From Opitutaceae bacterium (lineage in GTDB: Bacteria > Verrucomicrobiota > Verrucomicrobiia > Opitutales > Opitutaceae): a stretch of DNA of 43,856 nt. Positions 37,586-43,856 of the stretch are shown in pieces. Position numbers and translations under genes: made by a program. Where the stretch lies: assembly GCA_043741015.1 (NCBI GenBank), contig JAYUBB010000138.1, positions 1 through 43,856 of the forward strand, written 5' to 3'. The notes under the pieces are model-generated. The model had not been told where the DNA came from. It ran no database searches and saw nothing but the letters and a program-made list of their open reading frames with translations. Numbering within the stretch: the stretch's first letter is position 1; each line of letters begins with the position of its first letter.

Positions 37586-38374
37586 TTACTCGATCTTTCC
37601 CCCACGGGGATAGGGCCAGTTCGGTATCGTGAAGGCGCCACCGTCCACATAGATCGTCTGCCCCGTGACGAAGCTGGCGTCGTCCGTCGCCAGAAACCGC
37701 ACGACCCGGGCCACGTCCGCCGGCTGGCCGACGCGCTGGAGTGGCGCGACCCGCGCCCACGTTTCGGCATAGTCCGGCGCCTCCTGCTTGGTGCGCTCGT
37801 GTTCGATCGCGCCCGGCGCCACACAGTTGACCCGGATGTCGTGCGGCCCGAGTTCCACTGCCGACACCTTGGTGAACTGCTCGATGCCGCCCTTGGACGC
37901 GGTGTAGTCCACCAGTCGCGGAAAAGGCACCTTGTTGCAACCTGAGCCGATGTTGACGACCACCCCGCGCTTGCCGTGCTCGACCATCAACTGCGCCGCC
38001 CGCTGGGTGTTGAGGAAACAGCCCTTCAGATTGGTACGGATGACCCGGTCCCAGTCCGCCTCGGCCAGCTCAAGCAACGGCGCCCAAGTCTGCGTCCCCG
38101 CATTGTTGACCAGCAAGTCAGGCGCACGGCCAAAGGCATCCATGACCGCCCGGTAGAAAGCCCACACCTCGTCTTTCACGCCCACATCGCAGCGGACGCC
38201 GAGCGCCTTGCGGCCCGCGGCCGCAATCAAACCGGAAACTTCTGCTGCCTCGGTCTCTCCTCCGAGATGCGAGAAAGCGACATCCCAGCCGGCGCGCGCC
38301 AGGGTGATCGCGATCTCCCGGCCGATACCGCGGCTCGCTCCCGTCACCACCGCCAGGCTGCCTGTTTCAGTCAT
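37586..38374 (-). CDS. SDR family oxidoreductase
   Basis: TGASRGIG, LVNNAG, YTASK, NCVAPG, VTGQTIYVDGG. Confidence 0.93.
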   Translation of the reverse strand: MTETGSLAVVTGASRGIGREIAITLARAGWDVAFSHLGGETEAAEVSGLIAAAGRKALGVRCDVGVKDEVWAFYRAVMDAFGRAPDLLVNNAGTQTWAPLLELAEADWDRVIRTNLKGCFLNTQRAAQLMVEHGKRGVVVNIGSGCNKVPFPRLVDYTASKGGIEQFTKVSAVELGPHDIRVNCVAPGAIEHERTKQEAPDYAETWARVAPLQRVGQPADVARVVRFLATDDASFVTGQTIYVDGGAFTIPNWPYPRGGKIE

Positions 38375-38412
38375 AGGATGAAAGCCATGACATCCCGCCA
38401 GGCCGCGAACAA

Positions 38413-40101
38413 TCACATTTCAACGCCCCCGACGGGCAGCGGGGTGCAATTCCAAACACATCTCGCTGCTTCACGACGGGCTTCACCAAAATCATTTGCC
38501 GTCCCCAGCGCGGCCAGGAAATGGGCCCGCGCGGTGAACCAGTCCTGTCGGTCTTGGGCGTTTTTCCCGTGCAGATAGTGCAGAACGGCCAGCGGAGCCA
38601 GTGCGCGACCCGGCCAGTTCTGCCGCATGAATTCCTCATGCTGCCGGATCAGCCCCCCGTATTCCCGGCGGATGGAGTCGGCCGACCATCCCGGTGAATC
38701 CATTTCCGCCCGGTCGAGCTGCGGACCGATTTCAGCAAAACGACCCTCCAGAAAAAGCACGCTGACCGGAATGGAGCCCAGATAATAACCCGCCCAGGCA
38801 TTGCGAGGCAGCGTTTGCCGCAACCGGCCGTGCACGCTCCATTGATCTTGCCAGACGCCCACCAAGGAGCGGGCGTAGACCGCACCCGAGACAATGAAAC
38901 CCAGCAGGACAATGGACATGACGAGACGAATTTCCTGTACCTTGACCCTCTGCAGCCATCGTGCCCCGGCAACAAGCCAGACCGGATGCAGCAACATCGC
39001 ATAGCGGTCATGAGCGATCCACGGATGTTCCAGCAAACCGAGAAACGGCAGCACCATGATGGAATACGCCAACACCGGACCCGGCGACAGGTGCCGTCGC
39101 CAGGCGAGCCACCCGGTAACCACCAGCAAAACTACACTGAGTAATGCCGTCAGGAGCACACCCCGCTCCAGCGGATGCAATGAGTAGAGATCCGTATAAA
39201 CCGGGCTCAAGTTCACCGGACAGATCAGTTGGATGAGATAACGTCCCCACACGTAAAGTGCCTGCCATCCCCGGTCCAGCAGCCCGAAGTCGCGCAGGGA
39301 AGCGGGGGCGGCAAAATTCACGGCGTTTCCCCCGCGGGCGGACAGGGTGGCCGCAAACACCAGGCCCGCGACCAGCACTAATCCAATCAAGCCGCGGCCC
39401 AGGCCGAAACGAGCAAGCACCGGACGCGGCTGATTTGCGTCCGGCGGGTTTTTGACGGCGGCAAGATCCAGCAACCAGCACACCACCGGCAAACCAAGCG
39501 CGATGGGATAGGTCAGCAATGAAGCAGCCAACGCGAGACAACTCCCGCTGGAAAACCAGCCGGCTTTCCCCGGAAAGACCCAGCGCAAGGTCCAAAACCA
39601 CAGCGCCACAAAGGCGAAGGCGGCCGCCTGGGTGTAGAGCAATCCCGACGCCCAGGCCACCGCTTCCGTCCGCAGGGGATGCAGGGCCCACGCCGCCGCG
39701 ACGAGTACCGCGGTCCAGGTTGTCCAACCACTGCTGCCCGGATCCGCCTCCAAGCGGAGGATGTTTCGGGCGGCGGCAAAAAGAGCCACGGTGCCCAGCA
39801 GGTGCCACGCAAGACTGGCCGCGTGATAGGCCGCCGGCACCAGTCCCTGCCAGGTGAAGACGGCGGAAAAGCCCAGCCAGCCCAAAGGCATGTAGCGCCG
39901 GGCACTGTCGAAATCCCCGAACGCCCAACTGATGCGTTCCCACGAAAGTTCGCCCATGCGCGGGTTGAGGAAAATATTATTACCATCATCCAGCCCGATA
40001 AACCCGCACTGGAGCACGCCAACAAAGGTCCCGCCGACGGCCGCAATCAAACCGGCAAGCGCAAGGGCTGACCGCCAGCCAGTCTTGGAAGTGAATGCCA
40101 T
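38413..40101 (-). CDS. GT-C-fold membrane protein resembling TMTC-type O-mannosyltransferases
   Basis: FIGLDD..I..NP, Y.PL.W, YH..SL..H, ALHPLRTEAVAWASG, DRY motifs; multiple TM helices; TPR-like C-terminus; likely ATG at 40101. Confidence 0.7.
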   Translation of the reverse strand: MAFTSKTGWRSALALAGLIAAVGGTFVGVLQCGFIGLDDGNNIFLNPRMGELSWERISWAFGDFDSARRYMPLGWLGFSAVFTWQGLVPAAYHAASLAWHLLGTVALFAAARNILRLEADPGSSGWTTWTAVLVAAAWALHPLRTEAVAWASGLLYTQAAAFAFVALWFWTLRWVFPGKAGWFSSGSCLALAASLLTYPIALGLPVVCWLLDLAAVKNPPDANQPRPVLARFGLGRGLIGLVLVAGLVFAATLSARGGNAVNFAAPASLRDFGLLDRGWQALYVWGRYLIQLICPVNLSPVYTDLYSLHPLERGVLLTALLSVVLLVVTGWLAWRRHLSPGPVLAYSIMVLPFLGLLEHPWIAHDRYAMLLHPVWLVAGARWLQRVKVQEIRLVMSIVLLGFIVSGAVYARSLVGVWQDQWSVHGRLRQTLPRNAWAGYYLGSIPVSVLFLEGRFAEIGPQLDRAEMDSPGWSADSIRREYGGLIRQHEEFMRQNWPGRALAPLAVLHYLHGKNAQDRQDWFTARAHFLAALGTANDFGEARREAARCVWNCTPLPVGGVEM

Positions 40102-40180
40102 CTGTCCTCGACGTAAAAGATCGCGGGGCACTAGTCGAGTGGCATCTCCCGTTCCCACCGCGGGGCCGGCGCAAACGGAA

Positions 40181-41176
40181 TCAGCTCGGCTGGGCGCGCT
40201 TGGTCTTAGCGTCACCCCGAGCAGGCTGGTTCCGCGGGTGGTGCTTTGCGTGCTGGTCGAGGAGGCGCGACGATTCGACCGCCGTGTAGATCTGGGTGGT
40301 GCCGATGCTGGCGTGACCGAGCATTTCCTGGATGGCGCGCAGGTCGGCGCCGCCACCGAGCAGGTGTGTGGCGAAGGAATGGCGCAGCAAGTGCGGCTTC
40401 ACGGGTTTCTCAATGCCGGCGCGCCTGGCATTTTTCTTCACCATAACCCAGAGGGTCTTTCGCGAGATCGCCTTGCCGCGTTCGCTGAGGAACAGCTCGC
40501 TGCCGGTGCGCGGTTTCACGAGACGCGGGCGGGCGGAAACGAGGTAGGCCTGCACCGCATCGCGCGCCTGGGCGCCGAGCGGGACGACCCGCTCTTTTGA
40601 ACCTTTGCCGAACACGCGCACGAACCCGTTTTCCAAGTCCACCTGCTGCAGGCTGAGTCCGCACAACTCGGAGATGCGCAGACCGCTGGAATAAAACAGC
40701 TCAAGCATGGCGCGGTCGCGAACCGAGTAGGCATCGCCACCGGACGGCGCGGCCAGCAGCCGGTCGATCTCGCCGGTGGTGAGGGTTTGCGGAAGTTTAC
40801 GGCGAAACTTGGGACCACGGAGCAAGGCCGACGGATCATCGTCACGCTTTCGCTCGCGCACGAGATAGCGGCAGAGCATCCGGACGGCCGCGAGTTTGCG
40901 GGCCTGGCTGGACTCGCTGAATTTCTGATCGCTCAGCCAATGCAGCCAGCCGGTGAGGTGTTTCGGGGTGACCCTGGCCCAGCTGGCGGAGCCGAGGCGC
41001 TTCAGACAGTGGCCGGCCTGCTTGAGGTCGGTCTCGTAGGATTTCGCCGTGTTGCGAGAGAGGCCTCTCTCCAGCTCAATATAGGCGAGAAAATCGTCGA
41101 TGGCTTCGGCATAACCGGCCGGTGCGGGCAGCATCGGCGCTGTTTGGGACCGTCCGGGGGTGCGCACGGCTTTCAT
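40181..41176 (-). CDS. xerD: Tyrosine recombinase XerD
   Basis: [78 protein letters not shown]. Confidence 0.88.
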   Translation of the reverse strand: MKAVRTPGRSQTAPMLPAPAGYAEAIDDFLAYIELERGLSRNTAKSYETDLKQAGHCLKRLGSASWARVTPKHLTGWLHWLSDQKFSESSQARKLAAVRMLCRYLVRERKRDDDPSALLRGPKFRRKLPQTLTTGEIDRLLAAPSGGDAYSVRDRAMLELFYSSGLRISELCGLSLQQVDLENGFVRVFGKGSKERVVPLGAQARDAVQAYLVSARPRLVKPRTGSELFLSERGKAISRKTLWVMVKKNARRAGIEKPVKPHLLRHSFATHLLGGGADLRAIQEMLGHASIGTTQIYTAVESSRLLDQHAKHHPRNQPARGDAKTKRAQPS

Positions 41177-41194
41177 GGCGCGCCGGGGCGAAAC

Positions 41195-41464
41195 TCAGCG
41201 GCGAAATTGCCGGCGGGCGCCGGGCACAGGTGGCGGCACTGATGTGTCACGGAGACGGAAGGTGATGCGCGCCTTGTCGAGGTCGTAGGGGCTCATCTCC
41301 ATTTTGACCGAGTCACCTGCAGCGATCTTGATGAAATGCTTGCGAAGCTTGCCCGAGATATGGGCCAGCACGATGTGGCCGTTGGTCAGTTGCACCCGAA
41401 ACATCGTTCCCGGGAGAACGGTGACGATCTTGCCTTCGACTTCGATCGCTTTGCCGTCAGACAT
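41195..41464 (-). CDS. infA: Translation initiation factor IF-1
   Basis: [56 protein letters not shown]. Confidence 0.95.
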   Translation of the reverse strand: MSDGKAIEVEGKIVTVLPGTMFRVQLTNGHIVLAHISGKLRKHFIKIAAGDSVKMEMSPYDLDKARITFRLRDTSVPPPVPGARRQFRR

Positions 41465-41569
41465 GGTGTGGTGAGAGGGAAACTGTAGTGTGCTGCATGC
41501 TCGTAAAAGGACGTTGTAACACTGGACCCGCGCACCTAAGTCAAGGCAATCATTTCCGCCCGACCCCGC

Positions 41570-42103
41570 ATGGTCCAATCCACCCGTAACGCCCCGCCCT
41601 GCCCTTTCCAGAAGGTCTTCCCCTCGCAGTTAAAAAGGGACGATGAGTTTTACATGCATCTGGCCTACAACCTCGCCATCGATGCTTGGAAACTGGACGA
41701 GGTGCCAATCGGCGCCGTGATTGAACTGGGCGGCGAGGTCATCGCCTCGGCGCACAATCAACGCGACAGCACGCGCGATCCGACCGCCCACGCCGAGATT
41801 CTCGCCCTTGGTCAGGCGGCCAGGGCCATCGGCGACTGGCGGCTGAACAATGCCACTCTCTACGTGACGAAAGAGCCGTGTCCTATGTGTTCCGGAGCGA
41901 CGCTCATGTCGCGCGTGAAGCGCGTCGTCTTTGCCGTGTCGGACCCGAAGATGGGCTGCCTCGGCGGTGCGACCGACCTGAACGCCCTGCCACAGGTCAA
42001 CCACCACCTTGAAATCACCCGCGGCGTGCTGGACACGCCCTGCCTCGAATTGTTGCAGGCATATTTCAAAATCAAACGGGCTGAAGACACGGGCGGCAGT
42101 TGA
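41570..42103 (+). CDS. tadA: tRNA adenosine(34) deaminase
   Basis: EVPIGAV, DPTAHAE, WRL...[12 protein letters not shown]. Confidence 0.9.
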   Translation: MVQSTRNAPPCPFQKVFPSQLKRDDEFYMHLAYNLAIDAWKLDEVPIGAVIELGGEVIASAHNQRDSTRDPTAHAEILALGQAARAIGDWRLNNATLYVTKEPCPMCSGATLMSRVKRVVFAVSDPKMGCLGGATDLNALPQVNHHLEITRGVLDTPCLELLQAYFKIKRAEDTGGS

Positions 42104-42156
42104 CGATAGCGGTAACCCGTGCAGTTTTGCTCCAGTCAATTCAACCCACGATCCTT

Positions 42157-42786
<630 letters not shown>

Positions 42787-42804
42787 GTTTCGACTGCCCT
42801 CTTC

Positions 42805-42832
42805 AAGCCGCGCCAAGTAGCGCGGCTTTTTT
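42805..42832 (+). terminator. Intrinsic terminator of sodA
   Basis: aagccgcgc-caagta-gcgcggctt followed by a T run. Confidence 0.8.
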
Positions 42833-42852
42833 GTCGGCGGGCGGAACGGTCG

Positions 42853-42884
42853 AAAAAAAACCGCCCGGCCTTGCGGTCGGGCGG
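42853..42884 (-). terminator. Intrinsic terminator of the glutamine synthetase gene
   Basis: Minus strand ccgcccgacc-GCAA-ggccgggcgg followed by T8. Confidence 0.85.
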
Positions 42885-42914
42885 CTGAATTTAACGGGAC
42901 GGCGTACTCGCGGA

Positions 42915-43856
42915 TTACGTGGTCGGGACGCTCTGGATCGTCTTGAGGATCCGGCCGGCGACCAGGTACGGGTCGGCGGCGGAGTTCGGACGGCGATCCT
43001 CAAGGTAGCCCTTGTAGCCATCCTTGATGAAGTTGACCGGCATGCGCACGGAGGCGCCACGGTCGGACAGGCCATAGCTGAACTTGTCGATCGACTGCGT
43101 CTCGTGGAGGCCGGTGAGGCGGAGGTGATTCTCCGGGCCATAGACGGCGATGTGCTCGTCCACGTGCTTGGCAAATGCCGCCATGAGCTTCTCGAAGTAT
43201 TCCTTGCCGCCGACTTCGCGCATATACTTGGTCGAGAAGTTGGAGTGCATGCCGGAACCGTTCCAATCGAGCGGCTGGTTGAAGGGGGCCAGGATCGGCT
43301 TGCAGCGCCATTCGATGTCGATGCCGTAGGTCTCGGCCAGACGGGTGAGGATATAGCGGGCGACCCACATCTGGTCGGCGGCACTCTTGGAGCCCTTGCC
43401 GAAGATCTGGAATTCCCACTGACCCTTCGCCACCTCGGCGTTGATGCCCTCGAGGTTGATGCCGGCATCAAGGCAGATATCGATGTGCTTCTCGACGATC
43501 TCGCGGGCGACGCTGCCGACGTTCTTGTAGCCGACGCCGGTGTAATAGGGACCCTGCGGGGCGGGAAAGCCGCCGGGCGGGAAGCCGAGGGGGGCGCCGT
43601 CCTTGTAGAAGAAATATTCCTGCTCGAAGCCGAACCACGTGTCCGGATCATCCGGGATGGTGGCGCGGGAGTTCGACGGGCTGGCCACGCCGGTGTGCTG
43701 GTAGCACTCGCACATCACGAGCACGCCGTTTTTGCGGGTGGAATCGGGGTAGGCCGCGACGGGTTTGAGCACGATGTCCGAGCTCTTGCCCTCCGCCTGC
43801 TGCGTCGAGCTGCCGTCGAAGCCCCAGATGGGCAGGTCGGCGAGCTTCGGGGAGCT
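42915..43856 (-). CDS. glnII: Glutamine synthetase type II (5' end outside window)
   Basis: WGFDGSSTQQAEG, WFGFEQEY, QGPYY, GINAEVAKGQWEFQI, DWNGSGMHSNFST, RLTGLHET, GYLEDRRP. Confidence 0.92.
   Translation of the reverse strand, partial: SSPKLADLPIWGFDGSSTQQAEGKSSDIVLKPVAAYPDSTRKNGVLVMCECYQHTGVASPSNSRATIPDDPDTWFGFEQEYFFYKDGAPLGFPPGGFPAPQGPYYTGVGYKNVGSVAREIVEKHIDICLDAGINLEGINAEVAKGQWEFQIFGKGSKSAADQMWVARYILTRLAETYGIDIEWRCKPILAPFNQPLDWNGSGMHSNFSTKYMREVGGKEYFEKLMAAFAKHVDEHIAVYGPENHLRLTGLHETQSIDKFSYGLSDRGASVRMPVNFIKDGYKGYLEDRRPNSAADPYLVAGRILKTIQSVPTT

Noticed and set aside
40181-41176. Tyrosine recombinase as an integron or prophage integrase
   Set aside because: The sequence fits housekeeping XerD, lacks the IntI-specific insertion, and has no attC array or phage genes nearby.

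Overview
GC-rich bacterial chromosomal segment. Gene content and style suggest Verrucomicrobiota/Opitutaceae, but that is inference. Left end: purine genes purM and purF (minus) divergent from purL (plus). Their intergenic DNA is packed with nested, periodic palindromic elements, and two copies of one such 78-79 bp palindrome sit in frame inside purL, each translated as a 26-aa peptide (LNAExAKxAE...SASSALK). Middle: an accessory, mostly secreted or carbohydrate-active region. It holds galM split by a complete 1,577-bp IS1595-family element (perfect 23-bp TIRs, 8-bp TSD, two passenger ORFs), a decayed DUF1080 gene, a 425-bp inverted-repeat-bounded unit with a small membrane gene, GH140-like, GH27 and GH5 hydrolases, an M13 peptidase, an ArsR-SRPBCC-VOC(pseudo)-DoxX operon, a large CxxCH/beta-propeller protein bracketed by REP-like doublets, a Phd-RelE-like TA pair and a low-GC GIY-YIG/T5orf172-like nuclease. 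Right end: orphan ABC permease, SDR, GT-C-like membrane protein, xerD, infA, tadA, Mn-type sodA and a partial type II glutamine synthetase. No rRNA, tRNA or CRISPR array seen.
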